From Podarcis tiliguerta (lineage: Eukaryota), in NCBI GenBank assembly GCA_965153285.1, contig OZ229111.1: 64,000 nt of DNA; one strand, written 5' to 3'. A program made the translations under genes and the position numbers. The notes under the pieces were generated by a model that saw only the letters and a program-made list of their open reading frames with translations, ran no database searches and was not told the DNA's origin. Position 1 is the first letter of the stretch; each line of letters starts with the position of its first letter. This document shows, in pieces, positions 25,016-39,255 of this stretch.

Positions 25016-26778
25016 GTGAGTGCTCTCTTTCCTCTTACCTACAATCAGCGCGGGAGGGGGTGGTCCTTCTAATCATATGTGTTGTTGTTGTTTTTAAAAT
25101 GGCATTCCTTCTAACATCTCCTGGGTCCTGTTAATTCTTGGAAGCAGCTTAGCTTCTCCTGGCCTTCCCATTCCTTGCTTTGTATTGCTTGTCTGTACTA
25201 TGCAGTGTGGGCTTCTACATCTGATATTCTGTCAAGATGGGCCTCAAGTGTCCAGTGGAAGAAAGGCAAAGGGAGGAGATTCGTGCATTTTCCTTCGCTT
25301 CGGGAGCCTGATCACAAAATGTGGGAATTGGAAAGTGTTTTCAAGATATGCAGAGGCAATATTGTTGTGTGATCACTTTATACAAGGATCGCAGCAGGCC
25401 AGCCATGCTCAGGGTACAGCAGCTTCTCGGCCACCACCATTACTCTTAAACAGTTCAAGAGATGGTCTGGAATGTTTGAGCATCTCTTCGTGAAATGCCT
25501 CTGTCTTTGTTGACTGCTACGTTTCTTTGATTTGTAATTATGGGATGCTGAGTGGAAGTAAATGGCAAGTGTGACCTTGTTTCAATCTGGAAAGTTGGTT
25601 TCCGCCTTTGGCAATTAATTGTCTGGAAAAGGTTTTGAACATTTCCAACCTACAGTAAAGCATGTATTTAGCTCTTTAGACTGAGACTGGGGGGAAAAAC
25701 CTGTGGAGGGATGGGACTTGTAATCCTTCTCTGTTGTTTCAGCTTTTGAGATAGTGACAGATGGCTGGCACAACAGGACATGGTATGTGTGGTATGTGTC
25801 AGAAAGCTGATGTAATCTTCTTAGGCGCTCTATGAATTATTAATATTCACTAGTTGATAAGGGCTGGAATGTGTCTGCAGTGATTATCAGAACAAAGGTG
25901 GCTGTGTGTTCTGTGATTCAGGCTTCTCTTAGGTGGGGGCCTTTAAACTTTCTCTGGTTATTGGGAAGCAGTGGAGAAGAACGTGCAAATACAATGGATT
26001 ACTATGAGCATCCCATCTTTTGTAGAAACTTGCTGGCAAGCTGACAAAGCTAAAATTAGGAAGGGTGGAGGCTGAAGGGGTTTCCTTTTGATAGGCTGGG
26101 GACCAGACCAGCTTATTGCAACCACCATAGAGAATCAATACTGATGATGCTTTGGAAGCAAAAATCTGTCAGGAGCACACGGATAGATAGCTCCGCTTCA
26201 GAGCCAGCCTGGCACACCTGTTGAGGTCTTTGAGAACACATTTCTTTCTGTGAGGAGTTGGAGAGTTTCAGAGTGGGAAAATGACCGCAAAAAGCACAGA
26301 AATATTTGCTCCAGATTATAAAGTGCAAAGACACTGCCATCCCAATCTGATAAATGTGACTAACCTTGTCTCTGATTCATTATTCTATGTCAAATGTAAC
26401 AAAAAAAGTGAGAAAAGGTCCATCTGGGGATGTGAGATTGCCAACCAATAGTATCTATCACAATAGCATAACCATGTGGTCCAGCCTCATTTCTCCTCAC
26501 TCGCTGGATGATGGCTAAAGGCAATGCAGGACTGTCTGTAAATGGGTTTGCTTTTAGTTGTTGTACTGATAGTTGAAGGAGTTTAGCAAATGTGGTAAAT
26601 GTGTCCTGGACAGTTGTTGGATCCTCTTAGGCTATCCTCCATCTTGCCTCAGTCTCACAACTAACAGAAAGTGTGCTCCAGACCTCCCACTCCTGCTTCC
26701 CACAACCTTAGAAATTTACCAGGGTAATACCACTGCATCAATTGCTTCTGGGAAATTAATGCATTCTAAGGTCCAAAC

Positions 26779-27174
26779 CAGACTTGACATGGAAGAACTG
26801 TGATTAGGATCTTTTGTAGTTTATTTGCTAATTAGCGGTCCCATGGGGCTGCTTTGAAGAGTGGGGAAGTAGTACTCCAGGAGAAAGAGATGTATTAAAC
26901 ACTATCCCATGGCTTTTTCTCCAATGTAATTCTTCTCCTATCACTATTAGCTTAGGGGGGGAGCTGCTGTCCACGTCTGTCTTCTCCACCCCAGTCATAG
27001 CAGACTTTATGTAAGGAGGGGGGAGTTTGCTTTAGGGGTAGGGTATGGAAGGAAAGAATTACAAATCTCCCTGAGCACCACTTCCACACTCTTCAAAGCA
27101 GTCCCATGAGGCTGCTGATTAGCAAAACAAAAGCCACAAAAGACATTAATAACAGATTTCCCTGGTCAAGTCTG
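26779..27174. repeat. Fold-back element with ~110-bp inverted arms
   Basis: 26779-26886 is the imperfect reverse complement of 27063-27174. Confidence 0.85.
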
Positions 27175-28446
27175 AGGGTTTTATTCCCTTCAATCTGACA
27201 CTTAAAGTAAGCAGTGCTTAAAAATCCAATTTATAATTAAATAAATGTTCAAATCAAAGAAGCTCCAGGCAAGGCCTGGAGCTGGATTAGGAGCTTCCCC
27301 CAGCCCAAGAGCTCATAAAAGTAATCGGGTCTTGCACTTTTTTTAAAACTTTTTTTTAAGAGTAAGGGGTGAGAAAGCTGGAGGGATGAAGTTTAGGGGG
27401 GGAGGCAAGGAGAGAAGCAGGGCAGAGAACAGGAATACTACTAAGTAAGGAACACAATAAGGAGTTTTGTTTTTGTAAAGGAGACATTTTGAACTTAAAA
27501 GGCAGTGTTAAAGCTCCATCTAGGAGAGACCTTAGTAACTCTGCTTTGTGGGGCAGAAAATGTCTAGGGGAACTGCATGTCATGCCACATTTGTGCTGTC
27601 TCAGAACCAGCATCCAAGTGCATTCATTATCCACCATGATATGGATGAGACAGAAGGAGTCTCATGAGGAGGTGATGTGTTATTCTTTTTAAAAAGGCAG
27701 TAGGTGAATCCCAGCATTGATTGGTCTGTGGGATTAACTTATGTTGTGCCTCTGTAGTCAGAGACAGAGCATGATGCCTTGAGAGAGGTCAGGTCTTTTA
27801 TGAAAATAAAGTAATTAGGGGAGCGGCAGCTCTATTTTGAGGCACTTTTCACTTGGTAAATTAAGGCTCCCGGTGTTCTAGAGAGTCTTCTTTTGTCATT
27901 TGGGTGATGCTTGGCACAGGAGTGTCACTTGAAGGGGCATTTTCAGGAATTAATGAATAATGAGGTAATGCAGCCTCCCCACTGCTGCCTGGAAATTAAA
28001 ACAGGGACATGGCTCATTTATCAGCCAGGAGGGGGGGGGCGGTGTATAGAAGATCAGCTTTCCTTTTCTTGGATACTGTTGTGTTGTGGCCTGTGCACAC
28101 ATTTCTGAACTAATCAAAACGCCAGTTAGACAAAGACTGTGATACAGCAGTGATTTTGGGAGAGGGGATGGGGGTGGAAACACGATTTAAATAGAATGTA
28201 TTTGGAATGCAGCTGTTTCTGATGCCAGGGTTCTTTGCTGAAACGTATGCAGGGAACTATTCCACTGAGATGCATCTCTGACTTTGGGGGAATCCCACAA
28301 GAAGTAGCTATGGAAAGTTCCAGTGGCTGACATGTTTTTAAATATACCCTTTCATATAACGCAGAACTGCTAGTCCTTGCGTGAAGAAGCCAAGAGGAAT
28401 AAAAATTAGCTTTCTGCCATGTGTCTTATGCACTCAACTTCATGTA

Positions 28447-28672
28447 CAGTGGTACCTCGGGTTAAGAACTTCATTCGTTCTGGAGGTCTGTCCTTAACCT
28501 GAAACTGTTCTTAACCTGAAGCACCACTTTAGCTAATGGGGCCTCCTGCTGCCGCTGCACCGCCACTGCACGATTTCTGTTCTCATCCTGAAGCAAAGTT
28601 CTTAACCCGAGGTAACATTTCTGGGTTAGCGGAGTCTGTAACCTGAAGCGTATGTAACCTGAGGTACCACTG
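28447..28672. mobile_element. Tc1/mariner-pogo (Tigger-like) MITE, complete
   Basis: TA|CAGTGGTACCTC ... GAGGTACCACTG|TA: terminal inverted repeats with TA target duplication. Confidence 0.92.
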
Positions 28673-30097
28673 TAATGCCTTATGGAAATAAGATGGAAGT
28701 TCATTTACACCTTGTCTGTGAGAATATATCAGCTGTCGTGAACCTTGCCTCTTTTGGGAACAAATTGTGGCAGTAGGCTCCATTACAGATTTCCTCATGA
28801 GCACATAGCAGCAAGCTCTCTAGTACCTGAGCAGTACCTTGCATCATGAGCCCTGTGGGAATGTCATGGAGGGGATCGTTGGATCTGGGGGGAGCTTCAC
28901 AACATCATAATCAGAAACCACAACAAATATTAAAATGCTAACAAATGCAATCAAACATCATCAGCAGATAGATGTTAAACCAGCTGTAACACAAAACAAA
29001 CTGGAAAGCAAAAAGATGCTGAGTAAAGACCATCAAATCTAGCATCACATGAATGGATAAGGGGAGAAAAACAACTGATGCATCGCTGCCGAGAGAGCCC
29101 TATTGCCAGTAGGCACCCTCCTCACCTTCAAAGATAGGGGTATCCAGAGAGAGGCTTCTGACAAAGATCTTAAACAAACAGTTTCAAAGGTTGGTTTATG
29201 TTGTGTGGTGTTGTGCTGCTGTGTGTGTAAAATCAGGAGATATATACATATATAAAGACAGTTCGCAACATGGGAGGACATTGCTGAGAAGAGGAAGGGA
29301 TGGTGTTTGTGCATTTGAGTTGTACAGCAGAGGAACATTTAGCGTAGAAGGAAGTGAAAGAGCAATAATTTCTATTGGTTTTTCTAGTCAGTCGGTGGCT
29401 GTGACGCTTATGCTGCCACACTTCACACTGTGCTCACAACTATGGATGCATTTTCACATGAACAAATACTGCTATTTGAGTGCTGAAAAAATGCAATATC
29501 CTTGCAACAGGGAGCGCTGTTTTGCAAACAGGCATTTGGACTCCTGGAACAAATAAGAAACAACTAAATGCACAAAGATTTTATTATTTGCAAGAACATA
29601 GTTTGGAAAGGCTCCAAAAGATCTATCTTCTTGACTCTGTGCCCCACATCCCCCAATCCCATGGAAAGGTTGGTTTTCTTTTTTTAATTAAAATGAAATC
29701 AAGAGTCGTCAACGAGCCTCTGATCCGCAAGAAGCAAGGAACTTGAGATGTAAACATGAGTCAATAATGTTATGATAGTTCCCTCTTTGAAAACCACCAG
29801 AAACCTCAGGCCTACTTTAATAAACATTAGTTTGCCCTGAAGTGGGTAATGCACACAAGCTACTTTGCTCATCATCATGTAGCATTTTCTATTAGCATTT
29901 CATAGCATTCTATATATTTATGCACTTATGAATGAGTTAGATTTAATGCAAAGGGCGGCTGTCTCCATAGATCTTTTTTTGCTTTTCATGTCTCATGAAT
30001 GGGTTTAAAAACACATCTTAAACATCTCAGATTCCGCTTGTCTGCTGCAATCCTTTGAGAGTGGAGGGAGGCTGTGCCATCCTAGTTCTCAGCACAT

Positions 30098-30116
30098 GGG
30101 CACCCTCTGGTGGCAA
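30098..30116 (-). promoter_or_regulatory. Candidate CTCF binding motif
   Basis: Minus strand TGCCACCAGAGGGTGCCC; 12/13 match to CCASYAGRKGGCR. Confidence 0.45.
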
Positions 30117-31949
30117 GAGCTACATAAACCTCCATGTCACTACATGGAGGAAGAGCGTATTCTATATTCTATCAAGGGCCAAAAAGGGTTCCCCTGCTTC
30201 CTTATATTGTAAAATGGTTGTTATCACTGACGGCTTCGTTTGCCAGGAACTATGTAGGAACAGGCCAGGTCACTTCCTCTTGAGCATAGTTGCCAAGGAA
30301 GTTGTCAAGATTTAGGAAACAGAAAGCAGCTGAGAATCCAGAGCACACTACTTACAGAGGAAGGCAGTTCTCAAAAAACACAAGTGACTGAGGAAGGAAG
30401 CAAAAGGCAAATAAGTATATTGAGAAGCAATATTTGTCATTAACTGCTAAAGATTCAGCAGAACCCCCATTGCTCAGTCAGTGACTGCTTCCAGTTTTAT
30501 AGAGCAGCATAAAGAAGGGAGTCCTTCTCACCCATGTTTGCAGAGGCTTACATTTTTCATTAGTCTTCAGGAAGAAATCTGTATATCGTCCACTAAAGAG
30601 TAGAGTCTTGTTCATTCCACGCAGTTAAACCTTCAAGAGAGCCAACTCCTTTTAAGTGATGTATGATGAACATTATTTTTGTGCTTCCCTTCCCACAAAG
30701 GAGAGAGAATTAAGGTACTTTATTAACCCCATTTCACAGTTGTAAGAAGTGAGACTTGGGCAAGAACAGATGTCTTACTCAAGGTCAGTCAGACCATGGC
30801 AGAGCCAGGAATTTAAATCCTACCTCCTTTATTTAGCATTCTGTTCACAAGGCAGTTAAATGTTGAACACTTTGTTTTACTTTGATTCTGGGAAGATGTG
30901 AGAGCAGAATAGCTCCATACCTCCATGGAGCCCCACAAAGAGACATTACAGTAGTTGATCCAAAAACCTATAAAAGCATCAGTCATAGGCAGCTTAGTTT
31001 CCCCCAGGACATTGTGATTACCCACCGGTCCGTCTAGTCTAAAGTCAGACTCATCTACCTGACAACTTCCTCCAGACACTAAGTAAACAAAGGTGCCATG
31101 CCATACAAGCAAGGAGAAAAACCCACATATTGTGTATGTGTGGTCTGCAGATTATGTTGCTGCTGAAACAGTGTTAAGATTCTTGTGCTAAAATGTAAGT
31201 ATGAATGACTGAGAAACTGGCAGCTTAAGCATCTCTTCCTAGAGTGCTGCCTGCTTAAGATGAAAAGGCATCATCCATCTCAAGCCTGCTGGGTTTATCT
31301 TGTCATACGGACCATAAACAGGATGACAAACGCAAAATGCTTTAGAGGTGCTTATAATCTAAACTGCCGCCTTTTTTGCTTGCTCTGAATCTGTAGCACC
31401 CCTCCAAGTTGCCAAGGAAGCTGAAGAAACAATAAGTTTGTATGTCCAGATATAAATATGCAGTGTCCGTTTTGCTGCCATTCTCTCCCTCCCACCCTGC
31501 GCCCCTATTGCTTGCAGTAAGAGCAAACGAAGGGCCCAAGGGCAGCCCCCAGGTTCCATACTTGCACAGGTGTTTTGGCAGCCGGCAATTCCAGCCACAA
31601 GAAACATTAAAGTGGGCCTGGGCATGGCCACTGGATGAAGGGAATGAAGACAATGATAATTAGGAAGATGCTTTCAGAGCATATACCTTGATCATACTCA
31701 TAGAGTTGGAAAGAGACTGGGGGGGTCATGCAATCCAACCCCCTGATAAAATCAGGATCTGCAATGTGATGTGCAGCAACAGCACCTCTAGCAGGTGACG
31801 ATCCAAGGCGGGCAAGAGAAGTAGCTTCCCTTTTTTTTGTCTTACAAGACCCTTAATAGGTGCTTGTGTTTATAGCACTAGGTAGAATGTTTGTGCTGCT
31901 GTTATGTCTTGATGTCCCAGCTGCAGGCACTCTTGGAGGATACTGATTA

Positions 31950-32215
31950 TCTCTAGACACATTCCAGTCTGGACTCAGGCCTGTTATGGGGACTGAATCT
32001 TCCTTGGCTGCCCTGATGGATCTTTATCAGGAGAGGGGCATGGGATGTACCACCCTGCAACTTCTGCATGATCTCTCATTGACTTTCAATACCATTTGCT
32101 GTTTATATAGAGTTGTATATAGACCTTGGTTGGATAAAGCTAATAGTTTTTATTATATGATTTTATTATTTTGCTGTACCCCGCTTCAAAAACTTACTCA
32201 GTACAAAGCATTATA
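31950..32215 (+). mobile_element. L2 LINE remnant (RT fragment fused to 3' tail)
   Basis: Translates LDTFQSGLRP / GTESSLAAL..DL / LHDLSLTFNTI, resembling L2 LDPFQSGFRP..TETAL..LLDLSAAFDTI. Confidence 0.7.
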
Positions 32216-33153
32216 GAAATGCATTAAATTAAGAAATAAATGTCCCCCTGCTTTATGGTGCTACTGCCCTTACGGTGGCAGTTAGTATCTAAGGGAGTGC
32301 TACATGTTTTTGCTGTTAAAAGATTAAAAAATGCAAGAGTTTGCTTTTATCTTTTGACTAGATATCTGGTCTTTTTGTGGGGCTGGGTACTTTTCATAGT
32401 ACTTCCCTTTCAGAAGATTGGTGCATTAGTCGTTATTTGGGTTCTGTTTTGTTATCCTATAAAAGGCCCTGGTGGAAGTCATAGTGAGGTTGGCAGGAAG
32501 AATCAAATGCTGCCTTGTTGGGTTAAGGAAGAGACTGCTATGAATCCTAAATTGTTTCAGAGCCATTTGTCATCGCAGCCCAACCTCCTTATAAAGGAGC
32601 CCAGGTGCAGAAACCAGAGAAAAAACACATGTTGCATTGGATTTTGTTGATTAGAAACAAGAGGTCGTATCACTGCAACAAATTCATTTGAGTATTTCCA
32701 TGCCTAATGCAATTTACTGCTTATCTCTATGTTAAAAAAGCAAAACAAAACAAAAACCTTATGGCTATATTGGAGAGGAATGGTCTTTTTCTTCCCTGGG
32801 TACAAAAACAGGGGGACAGATAATTACTAAAACACTTTCCCCTCACTTTTGTGTATCATACAAGCAGTTTGTGACTCCTGTGAATAAAACATTTCAAATG
32901 AAACCAGCTAGAAACCACTGTTGAAGGCTGCCGCCGCCACCACCCTGCACCCTGCTATATTTTTTCCTCAAAACCTGCCACTTCCCAAAGTCCACAGTAC
33001 CTACCACATTCTAACATTGATGCACAGTGCACTCGTTGTGTTGGATTGCTCTGCTTGACCGGAAGATTTCATTCCCACAATGTTCTGACTTATTTCATCT
33101 GTCCGCATGTACCAAGATATAAATTTGTATGGCACACCTTTTTCTTTCCTCAG

Positions 33154-33260
33154 GAGCAGGGATGGTGGTGGACTGGGAACAGGAAACTGGTCTTCTCATG
33201 ACTTCTGGAGATGTACGGATTATAAGAATCTGGGATACAGACCGAGAAATGAAAGTTCAG
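33154..33260 (+). CDS. RPTOR: RPTOR exon 29-equivalent (107 nt): GAGMVVDWEQETGLLMTSGDVRIIRIWDTDREMKVQ
   Basis: Acceptor tttctttcctcag|GA, donor CAG|gtaagc; manual translation. Confidence 0.97.
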
Positions 33261-33651
33261 GTAAGCACAATATATATTGCTTATGGATCTGGTATTTAAG
33301 CAATCCGAAACAGAGAAATGTCTTGTGCTGCTAATTTCGCCACTCAAAAGGCTACTTGTTAATGAGATAATTCCTGAACTCAATACAGAAGGTGTCTGTA
33401 GAAATGCTTCTCCATGGATGTCAAAAAGTTTATGTGGGGTGGAATGTGGGACCAGGGTTACTTACAAATGGGGTGAATCATGCCTGTGTACCTGTGATAC
33501 ATTTTGTTTACAAAGCATGCTGAAGTACCAGATACCTTGCATAGATGAAATGCTTGGTGCACCTCAAGCACTTTCAGCCTAAGCCTTGAAACATCATTTC
33601 CTGTGAACATCTGGACCATGGGGACAAATCTGTTTTCCTAACGCCATCTGA

Positions 33652-34001
33652 AAGGATGCGGGTGGCGCTGTGGTCTAAACCACAGAGCCTAGGGCTTGTG
33701 GATCAGAAGGTCGGTGGTTAGAATGCCCACAACGGGGTGAGCTCCCGTTGCTCGGTCCCTGCTCCTGCCAACCTAGCAGTTTGAAAGCACATCAAAGTGC
33801 AAGTAGATAAATAGGTACCGCTCCAGCAGGAAGGTAAATGGCATTTCTGTACGCTGCTCTGGTTTGCCAGAAGCGGCTTAGTCATGCTGGCCACATGACC
33901 TGGAAGCTGTACACCGGCTCCCTTGGCCAGTAAAGTGAGATGAGCGCCACAACCCCAGAGTGACAGGACCTAACAGTCAGGGGTCCCTTTAACTTTACCT
34001 T
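33652..34001 (+). mobile_element. Sauria SINE, full length
   Basis: tRNA-like head (ggtggcgctgtggtctaaacc), (ACCTTT)-type tail, and 13-bp TSD taa[c/g]gccatctga at 33639 and 34002. Confidence 0.92.
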
Positions 34002-37000
34002 TAAGGCCATCTGACATTCACATATGAGGAACACTGAAACTAGTTCCAAGGACAATCTAAAGCGAATCCCTTTTAGAGTACTGAAGGAAATACATGCAGA
34101 ATACATAGCTCAAGAAAGTCAACCAGCCCTAAAACTACAGATCATGCATTATGTGATCAAGGAATTTAACAATGTAGGAAATGTTACAAAGACCCATTAG
34201 TCATTTACACAGGCACAATGCAAAATTGCATTCTCTCTTACATATATGTGCACATTCCGGTTTTTTTCTAGCAAAAAACCAACACTGTGCACATGACAGA
34301 TAAAAGAAGCAAAGATGCACTAATACCATCTCTCATGCAGACACAGACAAGAAGCATACAGACAAGCACTTTCTCTCATGTATGCATTCACACACATGCA
34401 CACAATGACAGAGGAAGCTGGCCCTGATTGGCTGTTGCTGGCTGTAGCTTTTCTTTGAGCTGTTATTCCTCCTCTCCCTTGGCAGTGGTAAGCTCCCATC
34501 CTTTTCTTCACATGCATCTCTAACCATGATCCAAGGAAACTTTAGGAGTGCAGGCAGCTGACACATCCCACAGTGGAACAACAAGCCAGCCAAGCTTTTT
34601 CCTGACTGTCATTCACTGCCAGGACTAAGAAGATCCAGCTTACAATGGCAGAGGCTGAGTGACAGCAAATTTAAATTCACTATACTGAATGCACAGAGCA
34701 GTGTCTGGGCCAACCCTGGGCCAACCCTGTCTATGTGTGCTAGAAACTGACTAGCTGGCAAGCCTAAAAGTCCCTTATAACATCTATCTGCCTTTGGCAG
34801 CCCCCCAAACGCCACCTAAAGTCACCTACTACACTTCACATCATGACAGAGCTGGCCTTGTTCCTCCTATTCTATAGGCATGGAGACTGAGAAAGGAACA
34901 GAGCAGTTTTAGCCGCCTTGTTGCTTGAGCTATTGTGCCACTCACCTTAGCAAAAAACCATGTACATTCACATCAGTTGCCATTAAATCAAGCCACCTCT
35001 TCAGCCACATAATGAGAGGTAACATCTCTGTCTAAGCTGCTGTGGGAAATAAAGTCTAGTCTACAAATCTTTTGGAAATTAATTACCTCTGGATGAACAT
35101 TAATTATGGCACTTTGACCCAGCAATGCAGCACAACTAAGCCTATGCTAATCTTAATTATTTTCAAATATTATTTTATCTGTGCAAATTAGAGAACATCA
35201 GAAATCAGCAGGGTGAAAATATTTTAAATTAGAATGATTAATGATTGTACGGAGAGCATCTTAAAGGCATTTTATTTCTTAAACAGTGCAAATTGGTTTT
35301 TGCAGTGATTCGGGGGATCAAGACTTAATCATACTGCAAAACCCAGAGCAGCAGACACATAGTAGTCATATTCAGAAATGCCACTGCCCATTATTTGAGC
35401 CACTGAGTATATGTTGGGTACTAGGTTGGTAGGTGATGGTGAGAATCATCATAGATTAAGGGTGGGTGCATGGGCTTATATACTTGAAACAGATGTGGGG
35501 GGCAATTTTAGAATAGTTTGTTACTAGTTTAATGGTTTCCTTGCAGAAAGAGAGAATTTGGAATGACACTTCTATTGATTCAACAGCTGTGATGATTTAG
35601 CACAGTTGGTACAATAAAATCTCAACTGAACTAGTCTGCATCCCAGGAGTGGATGACTTTTTTTGGCACAAGGTCTGCATTCACTCTTGACCCAACCCTC
35701 CTAAAACTGCAAGGCAGCAGCAGGTGCAGCTAGACCACACTCCCATGTGTGATGCTGTCTTCACAGCAAGGCCATGCCCCCTCCCCGTCCATTAAATGAT
35801 TGACCTGATCACCAGGGTGGACACAGTTTGCATCTCCATCAGGGAACTGGACTGGGGGATGGGGAGAAGCTTAAACCTATCTGTTTGCCCCAGCACTGTG
35901 TTTAATTTGACCCTCCCCCTTCTTTTTGCTGCCAAGGACTTGGGAGAGTGCTTGGGGGTTAGCTACTGCTGCCATAGCTTATCTGGGTTATTAGATATCT
36001 GCCAAGAATGGTGGTCTGCAGCAAGCAGGCACCAACTAAGCCAAGCTAAGGGTTCAAACAGGAAATCAAATTGGCACATGGGTAAGCAGGGATGAGCACT
36101 ATGAAAGCAGTGCATCTGTGCATTGGGTTTCTCATGCTGCGGAGCCAGGGTAGTCTTGGAAGCTTCTTGGGACTAGAGGGAATCCTCTTGGCCTATTGAG
36201 ACATCCAATCCTTACCGATACCGGCTGTTAGTGCAAATAACAGGTCAAATCTGAACACTTTCTCATTTGGCAGGTTACCACAATGAGAAAGATGCCTGGG
36301 TCCACTTGCCAGACTTCTAGTTCAAGGCTTCACTCCACTAATTGGATGGAACACTAATTTGCATATGAGCTTCATGGTAGAAAATTCACTCACTTCCCCC
36401 AAGTGTCATCACGTTCCAAATTGACAAGTTACCTGAATAGCTGCCAAGATGCTGTTTACATATTACTAAACTCAGTTGTTGGATGGAGCTGGAATTCTAC
36501 ATGCAACATTAGGTGCAGAAAAGATCTTGTTGGCAAACAGATTGCAGAAATACTCCCGCTGCCGCTGAAGGCAAAATTGCTTTCCTTTGCAACCTGAAAC
36601 TTCACTCAGTAATGTCAGTCAACTGGAACTATTTGTTCCTTAAGCACCTTTTATCCACAGATTCTGCTATTTGCCTGTGGCATGCTGTGGATGGAACTCT
36701 AATCTGGATTATAGTCTGATTTGAAAGAATTTAATAGACACCATTGTGGCCCTTTCTCAACCCTCTGCAAGTCTACAAGAGAGTTGATTTGGAGACACAA
36801 AAGTATCTTAACTTGCAGAGCCTCTATGCAGCTACAGTTCCATTTCAGTCTAGGATTGCCAGATTTTTATCTCCAGTAAACTGTTAATCTAATATTTTTT
36901 TATGAAGCAAATGCAAAAAATAACATCAAGAGAAGGCGGATAGGCTCACAGGAGCAAAAATAGGAAGGAGGTGTGAAATTAGCTAACATAATTTTGCAGA

Positions 37001-38300
37001 GCCAGTTCTGATTATTATGCTAGTTTGAAAATGTTGCTCAATTTTTTGGTTGCTTAATTGAAACTGTTTTTCTTTTTCACAGCTGCACTCTTATTATTCC
37101 ACGCAGTTCTGTTATGCGTAGCACATAAAGAGGAAAGGGCTATAGCCTTAGAATAACGTTGTCGGGTGTCTTTCCAACAATATACCAGCATTGCTCTTTG
37201 TGTTTATTATTTTCCAGAGTTGTTCTTTCATAAAGTACACTGCCCTTGGTTTCTGTTCTTACCATTTTTCTGCAGAGCATGAACACATGCAGCATAGAAT
37301 CTTGTTGCAGCCTGTCAGGACTCCAGGTTTCTATTTCACCCTTGACCATGGGCATGCAATGTTTCATCTTGCACAGTTTACTTTCCATAAAAATATGAGG
37401 GAGAATTCCTGACTCCAAAGAGATTATAAAGGGCTCTAAACCTTTTTGCTGCAAGGCTTGGGGAGCAGCAGCGTGTCAAAGTGGAACAGCTTCCATCATT
37501 TAAAAGGAAACACTTTTTGGTAACATCTTTCTCCCAGAGGAAATGCAGGGCTTTAGAGTTCACGGCAGGCTATGTACTTTTATAATCACCCTTAAAAAGC
37601 TGCACAGAAAAATGTGAAGTAGAAAGGCTAGTTGCATTTGCAGTTCTCTTTGTAGTTCTGCCACTTTTAGTAATTCACCTTTGCTATTTGACTGGGTGCA
37701 TAAGAAGTGTCTCCTTCTCACCAGGCCTTCTTCCTTCTCAGTGCTTTCTGCTCTTAAATATATATTTAATCTGCTTTTGTGGCATTTGTGGCCTGATCTA
37801 ATGCCCAATAAACAGCTATTGCCCTGCAGAGTTCTTCCTTTAATAGGTACTTCTTTAGAAAGCAATGGCTGCCATAACATACCTCTCTTACATGCACTAG
37901 TTAGCTGCCAGGTGTATTTTCAGCTGGAGCAGATTTATTTCCCTCCAGGGAAATGGTGTGTGTTTGTTTAAACAGTACTCATCTATCCATCCTGCCCTTC
38001 AATGTAGTATTTATGGCTGGTCAGGGACAAATATGTTTTGCGGAGAAGAATCTCCTCCTGGACATTTATCTTAGCTAATTAATACTTTGTAATGTGGTTA
38101 ATCAGGGCTTCCCTTCAAACTGAAGGGCTAAGATTACATGCTACTTGTTCCAGTGCAAAGGTTTGCTTTAGCGAGTAGACACATCAGGAAGTTGATGAAC
38201 ACTTGTTAAAAAGAAATGCATGACCCAATTTTCATATATACCAGTATGCATATAGGTGTAAAGTAGCCCAGATTACATTTTCCAAAACAAAGATTTAAAC

Positions 38301-38621
38301 CATGGGTAGGCAAACTAAGGCCCGAGGGCCGGATCTGGCCCAATCGCCTTCTAAATCCAGCCCACGGACGGTCCAGGAATCAGCATGTTTGTACATGAGT
38401 AGAATGTGCCCTTTTATTTAAAATGCATCTCTGGGTTATTTGTGGGGGCTGCCTGATGGTTTTACACGAGTGGAATGTGTGCTTTTATTTAAAATGCATC
38501 TCTGGGTTATATGTTGGGCATAGGAATTGGTTCATTTTTTTCTTCAAAATATAGTCTGGCCCCCCACAAGGTCTGAGGGACAGTAGACCAGCCCCCTGCT
38601 GAAAAAGTGTGCTGACCCCTG
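38301..38621. mobile_element. hAT non-autonomous element (MITE)
   Basis: Perfect 8-bp TSD atttaaac (38293, 38622); imperfect TIRs catgggtaggcaaact / (rc) caggggtcagcacact; internal ~55-bp duplication. Confidence 0.88.
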
Positions 38622-39127
38622 ATTTAAACCATGTGAAACAGACCTAAGACCTTTTTTTGTTAAAGTCAGTATTATCCAACATAGAAATTTTAATACATAG
38701 TAAGGCATAGACCCACACAAGTTCCTGAATCTCACCATGGAGATAATGCCGTTCTGATAATATTTATGACTTCCTCTTTGCTAGAAGAAAAGAACGAATT
38801 AGCCTGGGTGCTGCAGCTCAGAATAGGTGTCATTGATGTCTTCATTGCCCTGGTCCTGCACAGTCATGTTCTGTGCTTATTTTAAAAACTTCAGCCCTTT
38901 TCACTACCAGAAGTTTGTTTGTTTCCAGATGCAGTTTGTTCACCCCCAGTCTTAAGCCAAAATCTGAGCTTGCATGGTATAGCTGTCACAACCACCTTGT
39001 TACCATTGTTCAGCATCAGTGCTCATGTGTGGACCCCACTGCAAGGGTAACACTGGGCTATATATATGGCCAGTGCACTTAAAATCTCCCAGTCGTTTTA
39101 GCTTAGGCATGTGTTTTTCTCTCCTAG

Positions 39128-39255
39128 GATATTCCCACAGGGGCTGACAGCTGTGTCACCAGCCTGTCCTGTGACTCGCATCGTTCGCTCATTGTAGCGG
39201 GGCTTGGTGATGGTTCTGTTCGTGTTTATGACCGGCGGATGGCTCTGAGTGAATG
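39128..39255 (+). CDS. RPTOR: RPTOR exon 30-equivalent (128 nt): DIPTGADSCVTSLSCDSHRSLIVAGLGDGSVRVYDRRMALSE(C)
   Basis: Acceptor ttttctctcctag|GAT, donor ATG|gtaaga; manual translation. Confidence 0.97.
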
